In this document: piece after piece, positions 10,106 to 20,374 of the stretch
How the letters are laid out: every line of letters begins with the position of its first letter
How positions within the stretch are numbered: position 1 is the first letter of the stretch
Assembly (NCBI GenBank): GCA_965222375.1
Contig: CBDCTZ010000005.1
Coordinates: 544,001 to 608,000 of the forward strand
Direction: 5' to 3'
Source of the DNA: Polyangiaceae bacterium
Lineage (GTDB): Bacteria > Myxococcota_A > Polyangia > Polyangiales > Polyangiaceae
Length of the DNA: 64,000 bases
Translations under genes and position numbers: made by a program
Notes under the pieces: generated by a model
Seen by the model: the letters and a program-made list of their open reading frames with translations, nothing else
The model's database searches: none
Told to the model about the DNA's origin: nothing

Positions 10106-10120
10106 GCGCGGCAGCGCCGA

Positions 10121-12407
10121 TCACTTTGGGGCTTCGAGTTGTAGCGAGGCCTTGAATTGAAGGTGTTCGGGGGGATTTTTCGGGTCAAAACCGAGGATCC
10201 CGGACAGGGTCTCCAGCGCTCCCTTTTCGTCGAAGCCCGCCAGCACAATCAGCGCTTGCACGACATCGCCGAGGACCAACTGTCCCGAGAGGCCCGCGTC
10301 TGAGTCCAGAGAGCTGGGCGCAGTCACGACAAGTTTTTGTGCGCGGACTTCCGCTGCCACTGCGGTACCTCCCGGCGCCACGATGGGTAGTAGCATCGTG
10401 AAGGGCTCTGTCAGCAGCGGTCCAGTGGCGCTCGCGAGTTTGGCGACGGTTACTCGGCTGAAATCGAGTTTGCCGTCGGGTCGCGTCTCGGGGACCAGAG
10501 CCAACTCTCCGACCACACGTGCAAGCCAAATTCGCGGGACCAAAGAGCCCAGGAGATCCCGCGCCAGTTGGCTGTCCGGCTCGCTGAGAACGAATCCGCC
10601 CTTCATCGAACGCGCGACAACGCTACTGCGGACGACGTTGCCGGATAGCGGCAAGGGCTGCCCGGCAACGTCCAGGGAACCACTGACGTCGTAGATCGCT
10701 TCTCCGGCGGCGTAGGAGTGAGTCGTAACTTTGGGGTCGACGCTGGTGCCGTCTCCCAGGTCGAGGACGCCGCTGAGTCCTTCGATGGATGGCCAGGCAA
10801 TGCTCAGATCCGTGCCCGGAGCCGCCAGCACCGGGTCGAGGATCAGCTCTGTCCCTGACGCCCCCTTCCCTTCGATGATCTCGAGCGCCGCCTGCTGCCG
10901 GTTGTTCCAGAAGGTGAGCAAGTGGGTCTTGGTGTGGACTCGATAGGGGTACGTTGTGCCGTTTTTCTCGCCAGTTTCTGGGGTGAGCCCTCCGCCGTAG
11001 AGCTGTGCTGCTGGGTATCGGTACTTGGCTCCGCGTCTCGCGATCACCTCTTTCGCGGCGGTGAGCGCGTCCTCAGCGCGGGCCAGCTTCTTCTTGGCGC
11101 GGATCACCGGATCCGGTGCGCTCGGATCTGCTTCTCATTTGAGTGTATCCTCGCGGAACGCGACAACGGCGTCGTAGAGCGCCTCCGCTTGGCGCACGCG
11201 TTCGCGGTTGATCTAGGTTCGAAAAATTCGGCGTCGCCTGGGAGCCGGTCGTGTGATTGTTGATCAACACGCGAAGATCGGGCCGTCGCTGTAGGACGCG
11301 CCGCCCGGCCCAGTTGATCCAGTCCACGGTTTCGAGGTCCGGCGTGACGGTGACCTCGGTGGGTCCGAAGTGGATTCCGAATTCGACGAGGTCCGGGCCC
11401 GCGTCCTCCAGACGCTGATCGACGTAGCTTTCGATCTGCTGTTTTGGAGGCACCGGCAAGTTCGGATCCACGACGGCGCTGGCCCCCTGCTGTTGGTTGT
11501 GAAGCGTGATGCCTGCGGTCGACGGCATGCCCAGGCGAATCCGCAACGCATCCAGCTCCTGGGCGCGGGCGACCTTTCGGGCCGCTGGCGCGATACCTCG
11601 GCCAGCGCCGCGGAAACGGTTACCTCGGTTTTTGACAATCCAGAGGTTGACGTTACGAGCCTCGTCGATTGGGTGCCGCGAATCACTGAAGCTCTCTAGG
11701 TGCTCTAGAGGGTGACTGCCGTGAAAGGTGAAGCTGCGTTGAGCGTAGTCGGGTTGGTACTGAGGCTCCGGGGCCCCACGAGAATCCACGCGCGCAAGGA
11801 CGGTGGGGGTGTTGGCGCGGGCCTGTACCTGCGCCGCGGGCAGTCGCGGGATGAACTCCTCTTCAGGATGAAAAAACCGCACGCCGAGCCGCCTCAGAAG
11901 CTCGTAGGCTGCGTAGCGTTTGCCCAAGGGCGTGGGCGCTGCCAGGAGCACCGTCGTGCCACCAATCCGGGCATCCAAGCGGTTTCGATAGCCTCCCGCG
12001 TGCTGGGCGGTGAGCACATAGCCATTCCCGGACAGGCCCGATGCACCTTGAACGGCCAGCGCTCGAGATCCAAAGAAGTCCGCATCGAGCACGATCGTCA
12101 GACCGGCGCGCTCTGCCTCGCTCAACGCCGCAATCCCATCAGCGCCCCCGCTGGCCTCGAGCTCGTGCAAGCTGGGGGCCGTACCGAGCAGTGAAGCGAG
12201 GTAGCTCGAAAGCTCACCAGCAACCTCTGACGTGGTGGGACTGGCGTCGGCTGGCACGATCAACGCGACTGCGCCCTGGTCGACACCAGCGTAGGGCTCG
12301 TCCTGACCGCAAGCGCAGAGTAAGAGGCTCAAGATCGTGACGATGACAGCCCAGAGACAGGAGTGTGCTGTCCTCGACGCAAGCACCGAGTTGTGCTCAA
12401 TTCTCAT
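10121..12407 (-). pseudogene. disrupted large lipoprotein; N-terminal domain resembles glycoside-hydrolase (GH67/GH20-type) N-terminal domains
   Basis: Lipobox LLCAC; coherent frame until ..TPNFSNL (~11214), then a different frame (INRERVRQAEALYDAVV..) that contains an in-frame TGA at 11135-11137 and continues into ORF 10121..11107. Confidence 0.6.
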
Positions 12408-13518
12408 CCGCAACGAGCTGTTCCCAGGCATTGAGCGAATCGCCCAATTTGCTCTCCACGAGGGTGCGAGTGCTCTGAAGGCTCTCGCCTTCGACCCCCG
12501 CGGCCTCTGCTTCGAGCAGCGCGCCCAGAGCAGCCACGAGCCGACCCCGTTGAGCGAAGGCCTCCGCCAAGAGGGGCCAGACCCGATCAGCATCCGCTCC
12601 CAGGTTCGCGGCGCGGCGGAGGGGTCCAATCGCCTCACCGTAGCGTTGGTCGAGCATCATGCTGGCCCCCAAGCGCGAGAAAATCTCGGGCGCGCTCGGG
12701 CCATCTCCGGCGTACTGCACCGCCAAGCGCAATACCTCCTCTCCCTTTTCCACCTCGCCAAGCTGAATACAGGCGCTACCCAGCGTACCGAGCCCTTTGG
12801 CAATCAATGCCTTGGTTTCACCACCCAGCAGTTGCCCTTCAGGCGTGCGTAGGAAAATCGCCAGAGGAGCCGGCCAGGTTCCGAGCAACTCCACGACTTG
12901 GACCCAGTCCCGCTGCTGTTCGGCGACCTCGGCCTCGGTCACGCGACCCAAGTCGATGGCACCCTTACCGCCACCGCGAGAAACCCGTTCGAGTTCTTCA
13001 CGCACGTGGGTGCGGATTCGAAATCGGAACTCGTCGACGTCGTAGGTTTCTTCGATACCGTCGTGGGTTAGCTCCAGGATGGCAGTGCCATCCGAGAGCG
13101 TCATGTGATGCAGGCTGTAGCCATACAACGGAGCCAGGAGCAAATAGCGGACGCCAACGAAGAGCTGCAGCGCTTCCGTGTCCGTTGCTCGCGTGGGGGC
13201 AAGGCCGGGTGGCTCGTCCGTGACCAGGGCGGCCACCAGCCGGCGACGGAAGTCTGCGAGAGTGAGGCGCTGCGTATCTCCGTCAGTCACCTCCATGTCA
13301 GGAGGCCCAACCACGAAGTCGACTAGGGTATGGTCGGGATTGCGTCGATCGACCGTGAGCGCCGTGATCCGAGCGCCAGTGATCATCGCGAAGGCGAAGA
13401 AGCGGGTGCCAATGATGTCGCAGAGCGCCTGGAAGCTGCCGATCCCCTCACCGATCCGCTCGAACCATCCGTCGGTCCGAATCGAATCAAGGGGGAATTC
13501 TAAGGGCTCGGATGGCAC
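12397..13518 (-). CDS. conserved hypothetical protein with C-terminal TPR-like repeats
   Basis: 373-aa ORF of normal protein composition; helical repeats LGTLGSACIQLGE..A..LRLA and LGASMMLDQRYGEAIGPLRRA. Confidence 0.7.
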   Translation of the reverse strand: MPSEPLEFPLDSIRTDGWFERIGEGIGSFQALCDIIGTRFFAFAMITGARITALTVDRRNPDHTLVDFVVGPPDMEVTDGDTQRLTLADFRRRLVAALVTDEPPGLAPTRATDTEALQLFVGVRYLLLAPLYGYSLHHMTLSDGTAILELTHDGIEETYDVDEFRFRIRTHVREELERVSRGGGKGAIDLGRVTEAEVAEQQRDWVQVVELLGTWPAPLAIFLRTPEGQLLGGETKALIAKGLGTLGSACIQLGEVEKGEEVLRLAVQYAGDGPSAPEIFSRLGASMMLDQRYGEAIGPLRRAANLGADADRVWPLLAEAFAQRGRLVAALGALLEAEAAGVEGESLQSTRTLVESKLGDSLNAWEQLVADEN

Positions 13519-13559
13519 TGGAGTCCGAGCTTATCGCGGATTATCGCCGATAGCGATGC

Positions 13560-16500
13560 TCAGGAGGCGGCGGGAGTCTCCGAGGCAGGGTCCGGCGGAA
13601 AAACGAAGCGCGCTGCGCCCGCCACGCTGACGGAAGGGTCGGCGCAATACGCCCGCAACAGCGCGCGCCGTTCCTCGGTCCAGCCCCGCTCGCCAGCGCT
13701 CGCGCAAACCAGCCCCGCCAGCGCCACCCGGCGCACCGCCGGCAGCTCGCTAGATCTCAACCGCTTCTCCAGCGCCCACGGCCGCACACTCCGCGCGACC
13801 GCCGCCACTGCTGCCGTAATGACGTCGAAGTGAAGCAAGCCGCGCGCGCCCGCGGCGCAAATGTGGGAGGCGAGCTGCTCTTCATCGTAGACGGAGCCCG
13901 CGAGGTCCATGGCGCGCGCCGCAAGGTGGTCATCTGCGCCCAATTGCCGGGTGACGCTCCGCGCCAGCGTCACGACATGCGCGCAACTGTAAGGCCCAAT
14001 GCTCTGCACGAGCCCCCTCACGATGGGGTCGATTCGACGCGGCTCCTGACACAATCGTTGGGTGACTCGTTCGATGGCTTCCGAGTCTTCTGCCCTCATG
14101 CGCAACAGCACGGCTTGAAGGCCGGCCTGGGCTTCGTCGGGGCTCGGAGCGTCCACCCGCCGCAGACACGCACTGAAGAACGAACGCCCCTCGTCGCGAA
14201 CGGGCAACCCACCGGCGCGCCGCAGGAGGTCCATTCGGGCTTCGAGTTCCGGACGGTCGAGTACTCGTACCAGCAGCCCACACACCCGGGCATCAGCCAT
14301 TTCGTCCAAGCGCGTCAGGGGAACCGCAGCCAGGCGACTGGCCACCACCCAATCCGGATCCCGAACACCTTCTTCGAAGACCTGCCAGGTTGCGTCTTGC
14401 TGAAGATGGTCCCACAGGGCGCGATGCAGCGCGATCTTCACGTCCCGGTGCAGCTCGTCTCGCTGCAAAGCCAGGAGCTGCTCGAACCCCTGGCGGCCCC
14501 CCAATTCCCCGAGCAGTCGGACCACCTCTTTCGCGACGGTCACCTGCTTCATGGGTACTTGGCGCAGGTAGCTGACGGTCTGACTCTGCGACATCTCGCG
14601 AAAGGATTGGCGCAAGGCGTAGATGGCGTGGCGCGCGCGGTCGTCCCCGAGGCATTCCACCAATACGGGCACGCCGCTGCCATCATCTATGTGGGACAGC
14701 GCTCGTACTGCGATCTCACGCACGGGCGGCCTCGGGTCACTGGCGTACTTGATCAGCACGTCCGAGGGCGCAAAGCCGAGTCGAGCCAGCCCAACCAGCC
14801 CGAGGCGCAAAGTGGGCACGTCGCGCTTCTTGTCTCTCAAAAGCGAGTGGAGAGCCGCGGCCTGTAATTCGTGTTGGCGCGACGACCACGTACCGAGCCC
14901 GCTCGAAAAGTGCACGACCCAACTCGAGCGGCCGGAGGCGAAGCGGCCGCGCATCTTGCGCTTCACCAGAAAAGGGTCCAGCACGTCTTGGCGACGAGTA
15001 CTCACGTGCTGCGCCACGGAAGGCACCAAGATCGTGCTCGGGTCAGCCTCGAGCAGCTCGACTGCAACCTCTGTGAATCGCTTGGGCGCGTGCCGCCGCA
15101 ACAACTCGAGGGCAGCCGTCGCCACGTGCACGAATGGCTGCTCTGTGGCCAGACGCTCGAGGGCGGCGAGCAGCGCAGGCACCAACGCGAGACGCTTCCC
15201 GAAGGAACGCGCCAACCAGAGCAATGCGCCGGCCCGCTCGCGCTTGGCCCAGGCTGAGCAGAGGGGCTCGATTGCGGGGGCCAAGGCCGCGACTTGTCCG
15301 GGAGTGAGCCCGTCTACGAGCCCCAGCATGGAAGGCATGCCGCGTACCGCTAGAAGACGCGTGAGCCAGTCTGCAGCCCAGACCGCGTCGATACGGAACA
15401 GCCGAACCACCAGGCGTTCCATCGCGGCTGACGTCTCGTAGGAGAGGTCCTGAGCATCAATTGCATGCTGGAACACTTCCCCGAGCGCGGGCAGCTTGTC
15501 TTTGTCGAAACACCGCGTTGGCAATTCAGCCAGCGCGCAGAGCATGGCCATCCGCACTGGGTCCTGCTCGAATCGACGCTTCTGGGCTGCCTCGAGGACG
15601 GCCGCCAGCTGGCCACGGTGGTAGGCCGGAGTGGCGAACAGCGCGCGAACGGCCGAGCCGCGCGTCTCGCCTTCCGGATGCCCCAACCGGTCTTCGAGTT
15701 CGGACTGAGCGCGCTCGAAGGGCAGGAACTGCGCGTAGGCCATGCGCGCTTCGGGACGCGCGGCGAGAGCCTGCACCTCATCGAGATGCCGCTGTGCTTC
15801 CAACACCCGCAGATCTCGAGGCAACGCTTTGAGCTGCTCTGGCATGATGATGCCGTCCGCGTTCTGGGCCGCAGCGGTCCACCGCCGGTAGGCGCGCTCC
15901 CGGCGCGAGTCGGTCTCCGGCACGTGGCGAAACAAGAACCCACCCCAAGAGCCGCGGCCGTGGTCGAGCCACGTATCCACCACCAACACTCGCTGGGCTT
16001 CGGACAGGCGCAGGAACCAGCGGCGCGCACGCAGACCGTCCGTCAACGTGCCAAAGCCATGGGTGATGAGATAGGCCAGCTGCTCCGAGTCGAGTCGATG
16101 CACTCGGGAGTCGAAACGCACGGCGCCAAAGGGCCCCGGGGGAGCAACCGGGCGCATGGACTGGTGCAGTGACTTCAGAACTTCGAAGGTCGGCCCAGGA
16201 GCACGGCGCAGCAGTTCCTGCAGGGGCTGCGAGAGCCAGTGCTTTGGGTCGGAGCCCGCACTCAGGAGCCGATGCACCAATTCGAGTGCAACCTCAGGAT
16301 GCTGTCGACAAAGGGACGGCAAGGCAAGTTGGAGCAGCCAGCGCTGCCGGGGGTCCAGGTCGGCGGAGCCTGGGTCGAGCAGCTCCTTCGCCAATCTCGG
16401 ATGCCGCAGCGCAAGCCGTGACCAGCCCGCTGGCGACAACCGTCCGGAATCGGCCTTCAAGGCTTCTTCAACGACTTCGCGGGAAGCGAACGCGAGCAGA

Positions 16501-16940
16501 TCGAGGGTGGCGTTGCTGACCTCCGACCCAGCGAGCTCTGACTCGAAGAACCGATCCAAGGCGGCGCAGCGCCCGGCACGATGCAGCAGTGCAACCATCC
16601 GCGCGCGGACGAACGTTCCGTCCGTTTGCCGCAGCGCCGTGACGACTTGGTCATCGCTGCAAGCCCCGGCGACGAGCTTCTGCGCGCGCCGACGCACGGT
16701 CCGCGACGGATCTCGCAAGGCACGAAGCACAAGCTCACCATCGCCACTGCCAAACACCGTGGCCAGAGCAAGGCAGCGGGCATAACTGTCTTCAGAGCCC
16801 CAGGCAGCACCAATCAACTTCCGGGCTTCCGCATCCCCAGCGCGGGCGCGCTTGCCGAGCTGAACCAGACTCTGCATCCGCACGACGTGCCGACTTGCGT
16901 CCAGCTCTCGCCACCAGGCGTCACTTTTCGCGCTGTTCAT
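13560..16940 (-). CDS. large HEAT/ARM-repeat alpha-solenoid protein (~1126 aa)
   Basis: HEAT-like motifs ALRDPSRTVRRRA, ASDPRPPVREIAVRAL, CADPSVSVAGAA; Leu/Ala/Arg-rich throughout. Confidence 0.75.
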   Translation of the reverse strand: MNSAKSDAWWRELDASRHVVRMQSLVQLGKRARAGDAEARKLIGAAWGSEDSYARCLALATVFGSGDGELVLRALRDPSRTVRRRAQKLVAGACSDDQVVTALRQTDGTFVRARMVALLHRAGRCAALDRFFESELAGSEVSNATLDLLAFASREVVEEALKADSGRLSPAGWSRLALRHPRLAKELLDPGSADLDPRQRWLLQLALPSLCRQHPEVALELVHRLLSAGSDPKHWLSQPLQELLRRAPGPTFEVLKSLHQSMRPVAPPGPFGAVRFDSRVHRLDSEQLAYLITHGFGTLTDGLRARRWFLRLSEAQRVLVVDTWLDHGRGSWGGFLFRHVPETDSRRERAYRRWTAAAQNADGIIMPEQLKALPRDLRVLEAQRHLDEVQALAARPEARMAYAQFLPFERAQSELEDRLGHPEGETRGSAVRALFATPAYHRGQLAAVLEAAQKRRFEQDPVRMAMLCALAELPTRCFDKDKLPALGEVFQHAIDAQDLSYETSAAMERLVVRLFRIDAVWAADWLTRLLAVRGMPSMLGLVDGLTPGQVAALAPAIEPLCSAWAKRERAGALLWLARSFGKRLALVPALLAALERLATEQPFVHVATAALELLRRHAPKRFTEVAVELLEADPSTILVPSVAQHVSTRRQDVLDPFLVKRKMRGRFASGRSSWVVHFSSGLGTWSSRQHELQAAALHSLLRDKKRDVPTLRLGLVGLARLGFAPSDVLIKYASDPRPPVREIAVRALSHIDDGSGVPVLVECLGDDRARHAIYALRQSFREMSQSQTVSYLRQVPMKQVTVAKEVVRLLGELGGRQGFEQLLALQRDELHRDVKIALHRALWDHLQQDATWQVFEEGVRDPDWVVASRLAAVPLTRLDEMADARVCGLLVRVLDRPELEARMDLLRRAGGLPVRDEGRSFFSACLRRVDAPSPDEAQAGLQAVLLRMRAEDSEAIERVTQRLCQEPRRIDPIVRGLVQSIGPYSCAHVVTLARSVTRQLGADDHLAARAMDLAGSVYDEEQLASHICAAGARGLLHFDVITAAVAAVARSVRPWALEKRLRSSELPAVRRVALAGLVCASAGERGWTEERRALLRAYCADPSVSVAGAARFVFPPDPASETPAAS

Positions 16941-17036
16941 GCGCTGCCGACGATACCCGCAGGGCGTCCTCGCGTCGATTGAGAGCGCTTGCGTGTTTTT
17001 TTGTGTACGCTGGCCGTGACAGCGGCGATCTATGCA

Positions 17037-17879
17037 ATGAAAGTCCACCATCTCAACTGCGCCACGATGTGTCCCTATGGCGGCCGATTACTTTCGGGCA
17101 CAGGAAGCCTGACATCCGCCTCGCAAATGATCTGTCACGTGCTCCTGATCGAGACCGAGCAGGGGCTGGTCCTGGTCGACTCTGGCCTCGGTCTAGACGA
17201 TCTTCGAGAGCCCAACGCACGTTTGGGGCGACGTTGGACAACACTCGCGCGGCCCGTTCTCGACGAAGACGAAACTGCCGCGCGCCGGGTCGAAGAGCTG
17301 GGGTTTTCCCGGGACGATGTCCGGCACATCGTACTCACCCACCTGGACCTGGACCATGCGGGCGGCTTGCCCGACTTCCCCAAGGCCACCGTGCACCTGC
17401 ACGCCGCCGAGCACGACGCGATGCTAGAGAAACAAACCCCTCTGGAGCGGTCGCGCTATCGCCACGGCCATTGGGCACACGAACCCAGCTTCGAAACCTA
17501 TCGCCCGGAAGGCGAACCCTGGTTCGGGTTCGAGGCGGTGCGGGACTTGCGTGGACTACCTCCAGAAATCTTGATCATTCCACTGTTCGGACACACCCGT
17601 GGCCACAGTGGGGTCGCGGTAAAGACAGATTCGGGGTTCTTGCTGCACGCCGGAGATGCCTACTTTCATCGCAGCGAGATGGACCCAGACGAACGGCGCT
17701 GTCCGCCGATACTGGACGTGTTCCAACGCATTACCGAAATCGACAGCACTGCCCGGCGCAAGAACCAGGAGCGCCTGCGCCTCCTGTGTCGTGAAAACCG
17801 GGGCAGTGTGCGGGTGTTTTGCGCTCACGACCCGGTGGAACTCGAACGCTGCCAAGAGCGTGCCGGGCGCGACGCATGA
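17037..17879 (+). CDS. MBL-fold metallo-hydrolase (AHL-lactonase-like)
   Basis: THLDLDHAGG (HxxxDH variant), GHTRGH, HAGDAY, C-terminal CAHD. Confidence 0.9.
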   Translation: MKVHHLNCATMCPYGGRLLSGTGSLTSASQMICHVLLIETEQGLVLVDSGLGLDDLREPNARLGRRWTTLARPVLDEDETAARRVEELGFSRDDVRHIVLTHLDLDHAGGLPDFPKATVHLHAAEHDAMLEKQTPLERSRYRHGHWAHEPSFETYRPEGEPWFGFEAVRDLRGLPPEILIIPLFGHTRGHSGVAVKTDSGFLLHAGDAYFHRSEMDPDERRCPPILDVFQRITEIDSTARRKNQERLRLLCRENRGSVRVFCAHDPVELERCQERAGRDA

Positions 17880-18262
17880 ACCCCGCCGACCCGGGCGAGT
17901 GGCTTGCGGGAGGCTGCCACTGCGGGAGGGTGCGCTTCCGCGCACGGGGGCCCGAGCGCACGGCCCTGAATTGCAATTGCTCCATCTGCCTCAAGAAGGG
18001 CTTCTTGCATTGGATCGTGCCACCCAAGGACTTCGAACTCCAGCGGGACAGCGAGGCCTTGACCAGCTATCGCTTCAACACGGGCGTTGCAGACCACACG
18101 TTTTGCAGTGTGTGTGGCATCCATGCCTTCTACCGTCCTCGTTCACACCCGAAACACTTCGATGTGAACGTGAATTGCTTGGACGGAGACGCCAAAGCGT
18201 CTTTCGCGGTTCGAGACTTCGATGGCGAAAACTGGGAAGACCACGTCGAAGACATCCGCTAA
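17876..18262 (+). CDS. GFA/CENP-V family Zn-binding protein
   Basis: GGCHCGRVRF, CNCSIC, HTFCSVCG; ATGA overlap with the upstream gene. Confidence 0.92.
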   Translation: MNPADPGEWLAGGCHCGRVRFRARGPERTALNCNCSICLKKGFLHWIVPPKDFELQRDSEALTSYRFNTGVADHTFCSVCGIHAFYRPRSHPKHFDVNVNCLDGDAKASFAVRDFDGENWEDHVEDIR

Positions 18263-19334
18263 CCCGCAGCGGTTGCGCCAGTTGCGTCGTCAACTGCTGG
18301 GTTGGTTCGCGCGCGCGTCCCGGGAGCTCCCCTGGCGAAAAGCAACCGACGCCTACGCGATTTGGGTCAGTGAAGCGATGCTGCAGCAGACCCAAGTCGA
18401 AACCGTGAAGCCCTATTTCGAGCGCTGGATGCAGCAGTTCCCCAACTTGCGGATCCTGGCTGAGGCGAGCGAAGCGGATGTGCTGCGCGCCTGGCAAGGC
18501 CTTGGCTACTACTCCCGAGCACGCAACCTCCGCAAGGCTGCGATCTGCGTGGTTCGCGACCACGGCGGGCAACTCCCGCGCACGCCCGCGGACCTACGTC
18601 TTCTTCCGGGCATTGGCCCCTACACCGCGGGTGCAATTGCCAGCATCGCCTTCGGAGAGCGCGCAGCGCTGGTGGACGGGAACGTCAACCGCGTGTTGTC
18701 ACGGATCTTCGCCGTGGAAGGCTACGTGGGCACACCCCGTCATGACCGGAAGGTCTGGCGCTTGGCCGAGGAGCTGGTTCCTGAAACGAGGCCGGGGGAT
18801 TTTAATCAAGCTTTGATGGAACTCGGGGCGTTGATCTGCAAACCGGTCTCGCCGAAGTGCCCAGCTTGTCCGCTGCAGGCGGGTTGCCACTCCAACTCTG
18901 CGGAGCGTGCTTCGCGTTGGGGGCGCAAGCCGCCACGGAAGAAAGCTACGCTGGTGAACATGGCAGCGGCGATTATCTCGCACCGTGGACGTGTGCTGGT
19001 GGTGCAGCAACCGAAGGATGCAGCGCGCTGGGCTGGCATGTGGCAGTTTCCTTGCGTCGAACTCGAGGCAAGCGAAGGCGTCGAATCCGGAGCCCGTCGA
19101 GCCGCTCGAGCTTGGGTCGACCTCGAAGTGACGGCCCGCCGTCCCCTGCCACCGGTGGTCCACAGCGTCACCCGCTACCGGATCACCCTGACACCGGTGG
19201 AGTGCCGGACGCGACGAGTCAAACTCCGCCCCAAAGGACGGACAGCCGCCTGCTGGCTATCGGCCGAGCAGCTCGAGGACCGGGCCATGCCGGCAGCCCA
19301 TGCCCGAATCCGTAGTCGCTTGCTCGCGTGCTAG
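18222..19334 (+). CDS. mutY: A/G-specific adenine glycosylase
   Basis: WVSEAMLQQTQV, WQGLGYYSRARNL, LPGIGPYTAGAI, VDGNV, CxxxxxxCxxCxxxxxC 4Fe-4S motif, C-terminal NUDIX-like domain. Confidence 0.96.
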   Translation: MAKTGKTTSKTSANPQRLRQLRRQLLGWFARASRELPWRKATDAYAIWVSEAMLQQTQVETVKPYFERWMQQFPNLRILAEASEADVLRAWQGLGYYSRARNLRKAAICVVRDHGGQLPRTPADLRLLPGIGPYTAGAIASIAFGERAALVDGNVNRVLSRIFAVEGYVGTPRHDRKVWRLAEELVPETRPGDFNQALMELGALICKPVSPKCPACPLQAGCHSNSAERASRWGRKPPRKKATLVNMAAAIISHRGRVLVVQQPKDAARWAGMWQFPCVELEASEGVESGARRAARAWVDLEVTARRPLPPVVHSVTRYRITLTPVECRTRRVKLRPKGRTAACWLSAEQLEDRAMPAAHARIRSRLLAC

Positions 19335-19370
19335 TTTGTTTGGGGTCGAGCGCTGCTGCCCGCGATTGCC

Positions 19371-20309
19371 CTAATCTCTCGCTTTCTCCCCAGGGGCCAC
19401 CCCGGCGTCCCCCGCCTGGCTACGCCGCAGTGCGGCTCGCAATCCCGGGACGACGTGGGCCGCAATCGTCACTCCGCAGACGATGACGGCGCCAGCAACC
19501 AGGGTACGCAGCGTGGGCAGGTCGTCAAACAAGATGTAGCTGGCCACGGAAGCGATCACGGGCTGCAGGTAGACATAGACGGCCACAAGTGAGCTTTCCA
19601 CGTTCCTCAATGCATAGGCATTCAGGGTGTACGTGACGAGCGTCGCACCGATGAGAATAAAGGCGAGGGATCCGTAAGCCCAACCCGGCAGCGACAGCCA
19701 CGCGACCTCTGTCATGGGCCCGAGAGTCAGCGGCAATGCCTCAACCGCTCCGAACACGAACACCCACGCGATCGTGTTGAGGGCGCCCAGCCGGGCGATG
19801 ACCGGGCGCGCCAGGACTAGAAAGAGCGCGTACACACAGGCGTTGGTCACCAGCATCAGGTTGCCGACGACGCGCCGGCTACCGAGATCGAATTGCTCTA
19901 CCTCCAAGAAGATGGCCGCACCAAAAAGCGCCAGGCCGACGCCGAGAATGCGCCGGCGGTTGAGCCGTTCGTGCCCCAAGGCGGCAGCTACAACCATACT
20001 CACCGCGGGGACCAACAATATGGAGAGCGCCGCGTTGATGGGACCAGCGCGATACAGCCCTTCGGCGAACAAAAGCTGGTTGATGCTGATTCCTAGAGCA
20101 GCCAGCGCAGCCAAGCGCAGCAGATCCCCACGCGAAGGCAGTTGCCTAAACAACAGCCCGGCGGCCAGCGCGAGCAAGGGCGCGCCAAGGGTCAGACGGA
20201 ATCCGATCAGCGCCGGCGGTGGCATGTGCCGGAATACGGCCGCCCCCGCCACCGGCCACAGGCCAAAGAGCAATTGCACCGTGAGCAGCGAGAGATGAAC
20301 CCGAAGCAT
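19371..20309 (-). CDS. DMT/EamA family transporter
   Basis: About 10 hydrophobic helices in two repeats; YVYLQPVIA motif. Confidence 0.9.
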   Translation of the reverse strand: MLRVHLSLLTVQLLFGLWPVAGAAVFRHMPPPALIGFRLTLGAPLLALAAGLLFRQLPSRGDLLRLAALAALGISINQLLFAEGLYRAGPINAALSILLVPAVSMVVAAALGHERLNRRRILGVGLALFGAAIFLEVEQFDLGSRRVVGNLMLVTNACVYALFLVLARPVIARLGALNTIAWVFVFGAVEALPLTLGPMTEVAWLSLPGWAYGSLAFILIGATLVTYTLNAYALRNVESSLVAVYVYLQPVIASVASYILFDDLPTLRTLVAGAVIVCGVTIAAHVVPGLRAALRRSQAGDAGVAPGEKARD

Positions 20310-20374
20310 GTTGGTTGCGTTTCGACGGGTGGCGACTGTCGCCGGCGAGCGGACCATGGACTATAAGACCGGCG

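Noticed and set aside
11135..11137. In-frame TGA as selenocysteine or readthrough
   Set aside because: No redox-motif context, and it sits beside a separate frame break; decay is simpler
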